The notes beneath the pieces were generated by a model, which worked only from the letters and a program-made list of their open reading frames with translations, had not been told where the DNA came from and did not search any database. Source: Callorhinchus milii (lineage: Eukaryota). From it: a DNA stretch of 64,000 bases. Shown in pieces: positions 14,186-27,440 of this stretch. The translations under genes were made by a program, and so were the position numbers. The stretch lies in NCBI RefSeq assembly GCF_018977255.1, contig NW_024704743.1, positions 75,952,001-76,016,000 on the forward strand, given 5' to 3'. How positions within the stretch are numbered: the stretch's first letter is position 1; each line of letters starts with the position of its first letter.

Positions 14186-17100
14186 ACTCATTTCATTAAA
14201 AAAATTTCCACAGCATCTAAAAAAGTATAACTACCATGATCATTGCTCTATGGTGCCAGTATAAATTTATCATCGCTGTTTCCATAATATTTGAGCAAAT
14301 TGAACTTCGATTGGGGGTCGAAGCATTGTAATTGTTTGAATCCCGCCAGCAGAAGATAGCAAATAAGTTATTTTCTGCTCGTGGGATTCAAACAATCTGA
14401 GACAAAGTCAAAATCCCTGGCTATGGTGAGGCCAGCAAGGGTGGTGAGGCTTCTCAGTGCGGTGTTAGTGTGTGATAACAGTGGGCCAATGGAAGTCTAC
14501 ACGTGCGCAGGCCCACGGAAATTTGTAATAATTTGTAGGTTCAGGCCCAGTCCAACTTGATTCAAATGCCACATACCCGGAGTTTACTGTAATCCTTACA
14601 TTTGGTCTAAGCTGTCGGGAGGATGTCCCAAAACGCTTCACATGATATACTTTTTTTAAAACTTGTTTTGTGGACAAAAGTGGGCAGATGGTTGTGAGTT
14701 CAAGCACCTCATTAGGACTATGAGGCCACAGTCCAGGTTGACACTGGAGTGTGAGCCGAGACCAGGAAGCCAAAGTCCCGACTAAGAATAGGTGGAATTT
14801 CAGGCCATGTGTGATTTTTGATCCAGAAAAAGGTGACCGCCCAACATAAGAACATAAGAACATAGGAACATAAGAATCTACAGGACTGGAAAAGACCATT
14901 GTAGCCCACCTCAAAGGTATTTACCTGTATCAGGCTACTTTAAAACCATCAGCATTAACACACTGGAAATGTCTGTGAAAGACTTGCAATGTGCAATCAC
15001 ATTTGTTAACGTTGTCTGTACTAATAACAGTTTAGGAAGATATTACCATGATATCTCTCCTCCCCATTGAGATAAAGACTTCCTCAATTATCAGTGTGAC
15101 AGTGAAAGCAGTGTGCAGACTTCTTTGAATTGTTCATTTTAATGTCAATGTACAGCTGTTTTATTGTAGCATTGCCTTGAAAGGTAACATTGCTACAGTG
15201 GCTGATTATTAAGTAGTGTTTAATCACATGTCATCTGCATTATTGTGTACAATATTCTAGATAATCAGGCTCAAGAGGATTATACCATTATTAATCTGCA
15301 TGTTAGTAACTACTTGATAGTTTAATAGCTCCATGTCCTGGAAGTCACACTTATTGTACGTTACTCTCAAGTGTATGATAGTTTTTAGAATGACATTTGT
15401 CTTGCAAAAAGGGTAATTTTTATTTAAGAGCATGTCATTCTTGTTGGGTCGCACAGATGAATTACAGAAGCACTGTTGTAACATGGCGTCAATGACATTT
15501 AGTTACATGCATATCATGTCCTTTTGTCTTGCTAGCCCCATTAGTACTGACAAACTGTACATTGATATAAACAGAGGTTAACAACAAATCTGCTGCATTT
15601 AAAGAATTGTAATGGGTTGATGAAATCCCACTTCCTTGCACCTTCTTTGCCCATCTTCAGATCACACCTGAAAACTTTCCTCTTCAACTTTGCCTATGAT
15701 CAATTCCCCTTTCTCAGCTCATTGATGCCATTGTTAAGCTCTCCAAGATGCTACTTTGTGTGAAAGGTACTATATAAATGCAAGTTGTTGTTTCTTCTTG
15801 AAACCCTCAAATATTTATACTGAAAACTAACTGCTCTTTTTGAACTCTTCTATGGAGTTTTAACATTTAACTGAATCTGCAGCCAGGACCTCGATTCAAC
15901 ATTTCATCCAAAGGATGGCACTTTCAAATTCATAGAGTTCCCCCAGATACTTGAGCTGAATTCTCAGCTTGGAATACGCGGTCAGAGTTTCCATGTGGAT
16001 ATTCAACCCACAAACCACCGATTTGATATTTGTTGCAGTGAATCTTTGTACAGCTGCACAGGTTGTGCATCAACAACAACTTACATTTATATAAATTCTT
16101 CACAAGATTAGTTCAGGTGAAGAAGATCCTTTAGCCCATTTGATCTTATCCCTCTAGAATACTCATACTATCCTCCTCCTATCACAGCATCAAGTTGCTT
16201 CTTAAATGAGTCCAGTATCCTGGTCTTAACACTCCTGGCAACCTGTTCCACGTGCAGAGTCATGTCTTGAAGTGCTTTCCAGAGATGGGGCAGGACACTG
16301 AATGAGGAGCATGGTTGAGGGGGTGAAGGGAAGTTATAGTAATCTTTACTAATAGCAATCCTCACATTTAATATAACCATCACACCTTCTAACACTTCAT
16401 GTTAGAAGCAGAGCCCATGGCAGAGAAAGTTAGAATTTTGTACCATTCTTGGTTTTCTTCATGTCCCTCAATTTATTTTGTTTATTTTTTGTGGAGTGTT
16501 TTTGTACCTTTAGAAGTGAAAGTTATTTTTTTACATTTTGGTTACCCAAAGAAAATTGCCAAATTTTTAGAAGACCAATTTTACGCACTTGAGAAGTGAG
16601 AGGAGACCTGGCAGGTTTAAACATGGCTAAGGGAGCAGAGGAACTATGAAGCTAACTCATGGAAATGATTCGGAATGCAATGGACCAATGTGTACCCATA
16701 CATAGCAAAGGTACCAGGCTCAAGGGCACTCCTGCCTGGTTGGATGGGGCTACAGAGCAGCTCATAAAGAAATAAAAAAAGGACATTGAAGGCCAAGAAG
16801 GAAAATGGCGCAGAGGAAAGATGTATTCATTACCAGAAGGCATGTAAGAAAGACATCAAATCTTAAATTTTACAGGAAGTGGAATTCTGTGACTTCTGGT
16901 TTGAGACGTAAACCGTTGCAGAAATTCAGGAGGAAGGCCTATTAGATTATGAATTTCACTCCTGATTTTCTAACCCTTTATAAATTGACAAATTTAACAC
17001 CAGAATGCAAAACAGACCAATTAAGCTAATGGATTCCCCCCATTGGGGGCAATTAAGTGCAATTACATCAAATTTTCCTTTTATTAACTCATAAACAGGA

Positions 17101-18587
17101 TTTTCCTTAATGATAGTTTCCACTGATAAACAAGGGAGCTAACTTTAGCACAAGAGACAATATTGCTAATGATTTCAGGGATTCTGTAGGTACAAACCTC
17201 CTCATTTGCTTCAGAGAAGTATGCAGGCTCACAACACAGCCCTTTTTGTGCAATTATATCTTGTTGAATATTCCCCATTGCTTTCACAGATGCAGTAATA
17301 ATGTCCCACATGGATGCTCCCATGGTCTCCAAGGTAAATGAGGTTGCAGTTGCAGACATGGTTGACAATAGATTGAGTCAGCTTGTTAATGTTAGTATTG
17401 ATCTGGGTTCTGGGACTCCAGTATCCTCTTCAGACCAGAGAATGTTTTTGGACGGAAAATGTTGCATCACCTTCCTTGCAACCAAGAGCTTTTTCTGCAG
17501 AAGACAGAAGATCCCTAGGAGATTCTTATCCCTGCCCCACCCCCCCACTCCTCCTCCCTATGTTGTCAACTATGAGGCACCTCTATGGAAGCACTTCCCT
17601 GTGCTTCCCTTTCATTTACAAGCTTGGTACCTCCCCATGAGTTCCCAGTATTATGTGTGCACAACTTGATGAATGTCAGGCTGGCTCAGTTGATAGCACT
17701 CTCACCTCAGAGTCAGAAGATTATGGGATCAAGTCCCAAGTCCAGACCTTGAACTCACACATCACACTGAGAATGGTAGGAAGTCCCTGCCACAGTTATT
17801 TGTTGGGGTGATAATCATATCCACATTCAAAAAAAGACTGGACACATGGTTAAGAGAAAATAAAGTTGAGGGATATGGAGAAAAGGCTAGGATATTGGTT
17901 GAGGAATAAAATTGTAGCACTTGTGTGATGTATAAACACTAGCTGGACTGGATGAGCCAAATGGCCTGTTTCTGAGCTGCACTTCTATAAATGTATGAAT
18001 CTAAGTGCTCCTGCATGGAGGGTGCTATGTAAGTGCAAGTTGTTGTTGTTGAAGAAGATGTGTGGAAAGACCGTTCACTGATATGATAACTTTCTCCCAG
18101 TCTCCCCGTGATGTACCTCTCTTCATAAATAGTATTGGGGAGTTGCTTAAGAAGCTTCTGAAATTCTTTTCATTCACAGGAATTGATTCCTCCCCTCTGA
18201 GATCTTCAGCCAGCACATCAGGTAGTCATATCCCACAGAAGGAATTTAGGTTAAACAATGGAATTTGTTGCAGCCCTGAGATAACAAGGATTGATTAATT
18301 TAGCTAGAACATTTAAACCCAAAGGATTTCAAAACTTCATTCTTAACAACTTCAGATATCTAGATCACAAATAAGTTCCACTTTTTATCACCCTTGCTCT
18401 CAATAAAACAACACAGAATTCCATCAAACACTGAGTGTTGAATCAACACACTAACTTGATTCATACATTAGGGAGAAGGAAACAGAGGGATTTGGGAGAA
18501 GGAAGACTCAAGGCTCAAGTGGAGTAAAAACACTGGCACATAATAGTTGGGCCAAATGGCTTGTTTGTGCATTGTAGTGGTCAATGT

Positions 18588-19485
18588 AATAATAATCCTT
18601 GCATTTAGTATAGCGCCTTACCACGTCTTTGAGATAATATAATATATTTAATAATAATCCTTGCATTTGATATAGCGCTTTTCACGTCTTCTCGACGTCT
18701 CAAAGAGCTTCACAGAATATGCTGTAAAGTGAATTCACTGGATATTAGTGGGCGAAACGCAGCAGCCAATTACGCACAGCAGGTGTCCCACAAACAATCG
18801 TGGATTGAAAATGACCAATTTATTATTGTTTTTGTTTTTTGGAGGGATTATTATTAGGAGTGTGGAGTAAGAAAACTTGCCCAAGGTTTCGCCCTGCCTG
18901 GAATTGAACCCAGGTGTCTCGCTTGCAAGGCTACTGAGCTACAGGACTCCACAGAGATGTCTTAAAGTGTTTCACAGAATAATATACTGTTAAGTAAATT
19001 GACTATATATTTTCGCCCACAAATATACAGTCAATTCACTTTACAGTCTATTCTGTGAAGCGTTTTGAGACGTTGAGAAGACGTGAAAAAGCGCTATATC
19101 AAATGCAAGGATTATTATTATTATTAATGATAATAATCCTTGTATTTCATATAGCACCTTAATACATCATTGGGACATCGCAAAGCGCGTCAAGAATATA
19201 CTATAAAGTGAATTGCCTGTATATTTTGTGGGTAACACACGACAGCCAATTGCGCACAACTGTGTCCCAGAAACAGTCATGGATTGAGTGAGTCAATTTT
19301 TTTAAGGGATTATTACCCCCCGGAAAGCAATCCACCAATTGACTAACTGGGTTCCTACTTACTATTCGGTAAACAGAGGTGTGTGGAGTAAGGAAACCTG
19401 CCTACGGTTTTGCCCTGTCTGGGAATCAAACCCGGGTCCTCTTGCTTGCGAGGCGAGTGCTATAATCACGGAGCTACAGGACTCC
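18588..19485. mobile_element. Nested cluster of four SINE copies/fragments
   Basis: A full minus copy (~18650-18952) sits inside another minus copy, followed by a plus-strand 3' half (19013-19126) and a further minus copy (19130-19485). Confidence 0.88.
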
Positions 19486-20404
19486 TAACTCTCCTGCTTC
19501 TGACTCCTGCTTTAGGAACCTTGATAGAAATCACCCTATATTAGCCCCTATAAACAAGTCATGAAAGATTTCTAGATGTAGTAAATAGCACTTGATAGAT
19601 CCAAGCACTGTATCTGCAAATTGTTTTTAAAAATTTTTTTAGTTTCAAAATAGTATTAAGCCACAGAGTTTAGTTTAATAATCAATAATGAATCTGTGCT
19701 ACCTTTGGTTTGTAACAACCCATGGTCAAGATTTTCCTATTTTCTCTTTGATTAAGAGCAATAGTGCCTTGACCAGTACGAAACCCACCAAAGTAGCGCA
19801 GCAAGCACTCTCTGGCAGCAAAGCTGTCACAACCAACACTGATATTTTCCCAGTTGACTGCAGCAGCAACTGCCAATAACTGCCAACCCAACAGGAAGCA
19901 AATGATTTACTGCCTAAGAGGAACAGTAATTATATGGAATTTCTAAAAGTAGTATCCAAGGCTCAGCTAACAGGGTTTGATCGAACAATATCAAGAACAG
20001 CAGAATCATTCTCCCAATTTCATGACGCAAGAATATATGTTCAAATTTATATTGCCTGTGTTTGTCAGCCAAGTTTCTTAATAAGCTAAAAGAATCCAGG
20101 TCATGCAAATGGAGACTTTTTCTGATTGCTGAAAGTGTGCAGGCGACCCATGGTAATGTAGGGACTCTGTTCAGATATAATCTACTTTTGGAGCGGGTTG
20201 ACGGAAATTCTAATGAAATTTCTCAAATACCACAAATTAGATACGAGTTGTTGCAAGAGCACCATCAGAGGAGGGTATGAGGTACTTGTTTGCTGGATAA
20301 CCTCATGTCGCTCCGTATTGAGGCTCAGATGTGAAAGTAAACTCAGGATGAAATGTTGGGCAAATATTTTAGCTGGATGTATGTGCACAATGTTACCAGG
20401 TAAA

Positions 20405-20975
20405 TGGACAACTGGTGATTATCCTCCGGGGCTCGGCGGGGGGAGGGTATTGCTGAACCTTCTCCAAGGTGACATGTTTGGCAACATAATGTCAGAATCG
20501 AGTCAGCCCTCTGTGGCAGTCTCAAGGGTCCAGGTCCTGAGGTCTGCAGTATTCCAGGGCAATGTTGATGACAGCACAGCCAGCCTGGCTCATCAGCAGG
20601 GCTTGAGGGCAGGGATTCTTCCCACTCAGCTCTTGTTAACCCTGTAAGCCAAAGCTCTAACAGTGATGTGGTCCAAGTTGGACAAGCAGCAGGAAGCTTG
20701 CCAGACATTGTTTTCAATAACAAACTATGCTATTTTAGCTGGTTAGACTCAGCAGTACACTCACACAACTTTGGGGTCCTCAAGCCTTAGCTCTTGCCAA
20801 CCTGTGCCAAATACTCACCAGAATTCTGTAAGCAAGGTGGATCCCTACACATTCCATTCTAGACAAGGCAATTTTCACATGTGGATGACATGCATGAAAC
20901 TCTGTCTGATTGGATACTCTTAAGTATGGTGATGGTTTCCTGCATGTGTCAGATAACCATCTTCTCTCCCAAAAA
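20405..20975 (+). repeat. Unclassified interspersed repeat copy
   Basis: Shares CTCCAAGGTGACATG, CAGTATTCCAGGGC and GATGACAGCACAGCCAGCCTGGCTCATC with the 56985 copy. Confidence 0.85.
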
Positions 20976-23206
20976 GTAACCAAGTCCATGATTTTACCCG
21001 TGTGTGTAAAACAGCAACGCAAAATAGATATCCAAAACAGGTAAATGCAGCCTTAGAGAGAGAGAGAGAGAGAGATGACACACACATATATCTACACAGA
21101 GCTAGAAAGGCAGAGAGAAAAACATGGTCACCATATATATGTGGAAGAGAAAAGGACTGGCACCTTATGGGGAGATCTGTGAGAGAAAGAAGGCTGATAC
21201 CATGTGTATCATAGTGACAGTATAGCTGCTAACGGAAGAAAGTTTTGATTTCTACTGTACTGTATTTCATGTGATGGCCATATATCTACACTGTTTTTAT
21301 ATTCACTGTGGAGCCACTATGATCTGAAAGTTTGAGATACATAAAACACTGTGGCTGTTGGGTGACGGTTGTTATGCCTTATAGGCATCGCTGGTCTTTC
21401 CAGTACTTAATCCCCATAAAGCCTTCTGTGCATCAATACAACAAACTATGCAAATCTATTAATTTGGCTCTGAACATGCCACTAGCATATTAGAAATGCC
21501 CCTTTGATGTCTTGGCAAGTCCAGAGTTGCAACGCAGTAACTGTGGTATACTACAACTTTTATGGTTTCTTACATTTATATGCTGGGGAACATATAATAA
21601 TCAAGGTGAGAGTGCATGTCATTCCTAGGGTATGGAAAATTTTCTCGTCTCAGAATCCAGCACAACCAAGTCAGCTGTAACAAAAATCAGATGCAGAATA
21701 GAGCTCTCTCTACTTTGCCCAATAATGTGGCTTCTCTTGGCTTCAGTATTAATTTTATTATTTATCTATTATTTTGTTGGATGGGTTAATGTACCAGTTA
21801 TACTAGTATTCAAGCAATACTGTACAGAGGGTATATCAGCAGATTTACTTCCGTAAAGCCGCTTAAACTATCCGCCTGCAGTTGATAGGGCCATGGGAAA
21901 AGTAAGCAGGGTCTACTTGGAACTGACATGCTTGGCACAGAATGTCAGAATCGAGTCATTCTTCTTTAGCGGTCTTAGTCGCCATATTCCTAAGACAGAT
22001 ATATCCACATTGGGGTCATTGTGCTAGATGGCAGATAACAGATTGTCTTCAGGTTGAACCCATCTTTGGAGTGAGGGAATAACTATTGGGTTTTATAGTG
22101 CAATAGCAATGTACATTTATAAAGCACCCTTATGTGAGATAACATCTCAGAGGGCTTCATGAAGACAGAATACCTGAAAATCAAGAGACCTCGCAATCTA
22201 TTATTAATTTGAAGTATTTTCTGTAGCAGAATAAGAAACATGCAGGACTTGAAATCAATCATTTTAAAATGAGGATGTGCTACTTTGTGTGAGTAGTATT
22301 CAGAGACACTGCCATGAATGAAGAGCGTTGTATAAATGCAAGTTATTGTTGTTGTTTTTGTTACTTTCTACAAGTAGTTGATGCTGCACACAAATGTATT
22401 GGGACTTTTATAATACAAATGGATGAGAAAAGGAATTTGTAAGAACCACACAACATAAAGGGCAAGAAAATCACTGAAAATCATTAAGCTGCCTCAATGC
22501 TACTCAATTACAGAAAAATGCAAAAATCAAAGACACTTCCTGTTATTGAAACACAAAGCATTCAAAGAGCACAGAGTAAATGAGATTCTAGAGTCCCCAT
22601 TTCCAGCTGATTGAAATTGTAACATCTGCATCATTCCATTTAGAAATAAATAAGATAAATTACAAACAATGTCCATCAACTGGGATAAAAATAAAGATTA
22701 AGACTAAATACAAGGCTAAACTCTAAACATAACAATCAGCAGAGTAACAGGAAAAGCTGCAGTGAGTCATGTTTCTGTTGCCCAGGCTCTCTGTATTATT
22801 TTCCATCCTAAGCATGCACAAATTGAATAGATTTGTGGCAACAGGAATTAGCTGGAAATTGGAATATGGCGGTTTACAGAAATTAAAGTGGGGGTTTGGG
22901 AGGGGTGGGGGGGGCTTAATTCATGACCCAAAGAGTTTTCAGCTGTGTTGTGGCAAGTAGAAAGAATTTGCCTTAAAATAACCCATTGTGCATTGATGTT
23001 TATGCCATAAAGTGAAAAATGTAACATGTGACATAATTATTATCCACGCCGAACATTCCTCCCATCAATATCTCAGTTGTTTTGTGGCTGCAGATCAACA
23101 CCCATCTCCTCCCAACCCCACACCCAACGTGATCAAAATGATCAGAACTGAAGCCACTCAAAGACAGCATTGAATCTGCGTTCTTCAGCGGTGTCCTCAG
23201 CATTTA

Positions 23207-23529
23207 TAATAATATAATAATAATAATCCTTGCATTTGATATAGCGCTTTTCACGTCGGGAGGACGTCCCAAAGCGCTTCACAGAACATACTGTAAAGTG
23301 AATTGACTGTATATTTGTGGGCGAACGCGGCAGCCAATTGCGCACAGCAATGTCCCACAAACAGTCGTAGATTGTAAATGACCAATTTATTATTGTTTTT
23401 GGTTTGGAGGGATTATTATTAGGCGTGTGGAGTAAGGAAACTTGCCCAAGGTTTCGCCCTGCCTGGAATTGAACTCCGGTCTCTCACTTGCAAAGCGAGT
23501 GCTCTAACCACTGAGCTACAGGACTCCAC
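23207..23529 (-). mobile_element. Young tRNA-derived SINE
   Basis: Full length with (ATT)n tail. Confidence 0.92.
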
Positions 23530-24216
23530 AGAATACCCGTGATTTCATTTCCGTGAATACCAGCTTCATTCAGATTTTGAGGTTCCACACTTGCAAAGGC
23601 GGCTTTGGGCCCAACCAGTTTGAGAACCTGAGTGTGGTGAAAGCTGCAGCCACACATCAACAGGGCAGGGTGTTCAACTATGTCCCAATTACCACAACAC
23701 TTGTCATATTTTGCTCCCCACCCCGCCACCCCAGTGTTATGAACACATGGATTTTTAAATTTGCAAAGCAGGATTTTCTCAATCATTCTGAAAACTAATA
23801 TAACATGTTGCTGATGGCAGTGAAGTAACATGTGGGTAGACCAGTTCAAAGTCCTGCCACGAGCACACATCACCCTCCACAACTTCAACATTACTGCCTG
23901 GTCTTGAAAGATGAATTCCGGTGGAACGGCAACCAAAGAGGTCATTCCAGCAAGTATTTTAGCCTTGGCTACAGATATTTTGGGGAGAGATCCTGGAGGC
24001 AAAGTGAGCCACGACTGACCTTATTGTCCAATTCACCTCATCTAGCAATAGTTACATGCTTACTTGGCCCTGCTGCAAGCAAGAGAAAGGCTTCCCCACA
24101 TTCCACCCTCACCAAGCCATCCCCAGCCTGAAAATTTGATTTCTTGCTTTAGCTGTGAGAAGGTACAAACCCAGCTCTGATACAGCGCTGACCCATCCAC
24201 TTCCCCCATCGTCACT

Positions 24217-24605
24217 TACAACAACAACAACAAAATTACATTTATAGAGTGCCTTTCACGTCGGGAGGACGTCCCAGAGTGCTGAACAGTCAGATGTCGG
24301 GGCCCGAGCATGGGGGAGGAGTGGTAGAGGGGTGAGGGAAGGCAGAGAGGTGGGAGGGAGACCAAAGGCACGGTCGAAGAGAAGGGTCTTGAGACCGGCC
24401 TTGAAGGAGGCAAGGGAGGAAGCGAGGCGAGGACTATGGGATGGAGTTCCAGAGTGTGGGGGCAGAGAGGCTGAAAGCCCGGCCACTGATGGTAGGTCGG
24501 GGCTGGTGGGAGACATGGAGCAGGCCAGAGCCTGATGAGCGGAGGGAGCGGGCAGGTTGATAGGGAGTCAGCAGGTCAGAAAGGTAGGAGGGGGCAAGGC
24601 CATGG
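24217..24605 (-). mobile_element. L2 LINE 3' fragment
   Basis: Same 3' end and tail as the 52635 copy. Confidence 0.85.
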
Positions 24606-25844
24606 ACTATATAGACAGAAATTCAGCTCTTACCTTCAAATGTCTCAATGACCTTGCTTCACCCTGCCTCTGTCATCTGCTGTAGTCCTACTCACTCACC
24701 CACATCCTCCAACTCAGAACTGCTTCACACTCCCTACCCCCTTCAACTCAAAATCAGTGGGCGAGCTTTCAAACACTCCCACTCTCTGGAACTCTCTTCC
24801 TAAGTCCCTATACTTTGTTCCTTCTGTCTCTGCTTTCACAAACCTTCTAGAAACCTATTACTGACTGCAGCCACCTCCGCCTACCAGCAGCCCCCCCTCA
24901 TACCTCCCCCAACCAATCTCTTATCCTAGCTCGGATAAGCTGGAACAGGACGCCAGGAGAAACTCCTCTTTTTTAAATAGTTCCATGAGATCTTTAACAT
25001 CCACCTGAACATGCAGACAGGTCAGTTTAACGTCTCATCTGAAAGACAGCAATCCTAAACTGTAATGTTCGTACATTGTCTGTACCAAACTATGAGCTCA
25101 AAGTCACAAGTGGGGCTCGAACCTACAATTTTTTGACGCAGAGACTAGAGGACTACTAACTGATCCAGACTGACAGCCGAGATCAAAAAGCAAGTTGTTT
25201 TTTGTGAAGCATTTGCCTTTCAGAGTGAGTAGTGTACATATTATATCCATTCCAAGTAGCCTTCCTTAATTCCCCCGCTTTGCAAAGGATCCAGGACTAA
25301 TGGAAACCAATACATGATACACAAATAACACATTGCTCTTGGGCCACCAAACAGATTCCTTTTGTGAAATATTAAACACATTAAAAGTAACAGATCTCAC
25401 CCCTCTGCTCTCCTCGATCCCTAGACAAACAACTGATCCTGGAACGAAGAAGGACTCGATTCTAGTTTCTTGAAACATTTTTTATTTTAGCTTTTCCCGA
25501 ATATGAAATATTAACACAATTTAAAAAGCTAATGCTGCTTCTGCTCTTCGCTCGGACAAAACCACGCAGTGACTGACAGGTCATCAGAGGGACTGCTGCT
25601 GAGCATTCTCATCAATCAGTACCTAATTTACCTAACAAGCAATAACACTGAGTGCTGCAGCACAGCATCGTCAATCCACTGCACACATTACAAACAGATG
25701 TTATCCTTTCGATTCCACAAGTACAATTGTTTGGGCAAGTTACCGATTCCTGTTTCCACTGAGACCTGGACATCAGCCTCTCAGCAACTGCCACCAGGGA
25801 AGTTGCTGATATTTTTACATTTTTACATAAGGCACAGTCAAAGA

Positions 25845-26127
25845 GAAATGTCTTGAGATGAGCCTTGAATGAGGCAAGGGAGGGGGCGAAGTGAAGGCAC
25901 TCCGGGATGGAGTTTCAGAGGGTGGCGGCAGAAAGGTTGAAGGCCGATGGTGAGGTGGGATGGTGGGCTGGACATGGAGCAAGCCAGTGCCCGCCGAGTG
26001 GAGGGAGCGGGCAGGTTGGTACGTTTTTAGCAGGTCGCAGAAGTAGGGAGGGGAAAGACCGTGGAGGGCTTTAAAAGTGAGGATGAGGATCTTAAATTCA
26101 ATATTCTGGGGAATGGGGAGCCAGTGA
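25845..26127 (-). mobile_element. L2 LINE fragment
   Basis: Homologous to 52830-53110 (HWLP..RI.FKIL region). Confidence 0.8.
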
Positions 26128-26335
26128 CTCCACTTTACTGTAAATCCTATGAATCACTCTGAGTAGTCCTTCTGATATGAAAGGTGCTTTATACCAAAGC
26201 AAGGATAATCATTATTATTATAACTGAACAAAAACACAAATTCGTACAAAGCCTTTATCCACTTTTGAGTACATGTGTTTGCATTTTGTTCCATTTCAAA
26301 AAACTGTTGATCTTGATCCAGTAGCTAAACTCTGT

Positions 26336-26551
26336 GGCCTGAAATTCTACTAGTCTGCCCGTAGAATCATTTTGTCTCAAAATTAAAGCCTGCACAAAAT
26401 TGTAGAAAATGCTTAATTTGGAAGACTGCAGCTCTCAAAAAGACTGACTTCCAAATTAAAACTAGATTTAAGAGCTTTCTACAATTGTGCACAATTTTTA
26501 ATTTTGAGGCAAGATAATATTACAGACAAAGATTGGGTGTAATTTGGGGCC
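26336..26551. mobile_element. Palindromic MITE-like element
   Basis: Imperfect ~90 bp arms; termini GGCCTGAAATT / AATTTGGGGCC. Confidence 0.65.
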
Positions 26552-26679
26552 TCTGATGTGGCATTTGACACATAACAGAAGAAAGGGAGTAAAGAATCAT
26601 AGAATATTATAGCTCAGACCATTCGGACCATCAAGTCTGCGCTGGTGTTTTTCTTCACATCACATTCTTCACATCATTA

Positions 26680-27440
26680 CCATCCATGGATGAACATTTC
26701 ACCTCACTAAGCCAGTTCGGAACCTTGGCATCTCGTTTGACCCTCAACTATCCTTTCTACCCCACATCTGTGCCATGACCTGCTCTGCCTTCCCTTGCTT
26801 CCACAACACCGCCCGGCTCCGTCACTGTCTCACACCACAGGCCGCCGAAACCCTCATACACACTTTCATTACATCAAGGCTTGACTATGCAAACTCCTTG
26901 CTTGTCGGCCTCCCCAACTCCTCCCTCCAAAGGCTGAAGATCATTCAGAACTCTGCAGCCTGTGTCCTCTCCTGCACCAGGCTCCGTGACTCTATCACCC
27001 CCATCCTTGCCCAACTCCACTGACTCCCCATCACACGAAGGATACAGTTCAAGATTCTGGTCCTCAGCTTCAAACCCCTTCATCTTGCTCCCCACTATCA
27101 CTATGACCTCCTAATCCCCGACCATCCTGCCTGCTCCCTCCGTTCAGCGGCTACGGCCTGCTTCAAATTCCCCACCTCACTTGCTCCACCATTGGTAGGC
27201 GGGCCACTCTGGCCCACCCTCTGGAACTCCATCCCGAACTCCACCTCACCCCCTCCCTTGCCTCCTTCAAGATCCATCTCAAAACCCTCCTCCGACTGCT
27301 TTCAATCACCCTACTTCCTCACCTGCCCTCCACCCTCCCCGATCCCCAGGTCGGGTCCGGCCGCTGACTGTCCAGCACCTTGGGACATCCTCCCGACATG
27401 AAAGGAACTATACAAATGTAATTTTGTCGTTGTTGTTGTT
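26680..27440 (+). mobile_element. L2 LINE 3' fragment
   Basis: [21 protein letters not shown] motif; tail GTTGTTGTT. Confidence 0.9.

Noticed and set aside
17084..17500. 94 aa minus-strand ORF with an upstream acceptor-like site
   Set aside because: Stops in all frames after the acceptor and no recognisable protein similarity.
23450..23529. tRNA-Ala(TGC)-like gene
   Set aside because: It is a SINE head: no proper acceptor stem, it continues into the SINE body, and it is multi-copy.
23530..24000. VFNY and TLHNF words reminiscent of a Harbinger transposase; 172 aa minus-strand ORF
   Set aside because: The motifs are short, with no continuous frame or recognisable DDE core. An HMM search (DDE_Tnp_4) would be needed.
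25401..25478. Minus-strand ATG...GTGAGA candidate first exon (MFQETRIESFFVPGSVVCLGIEESRG)
   Set aside because: Phase 0, no recognisable homology and no independent support.
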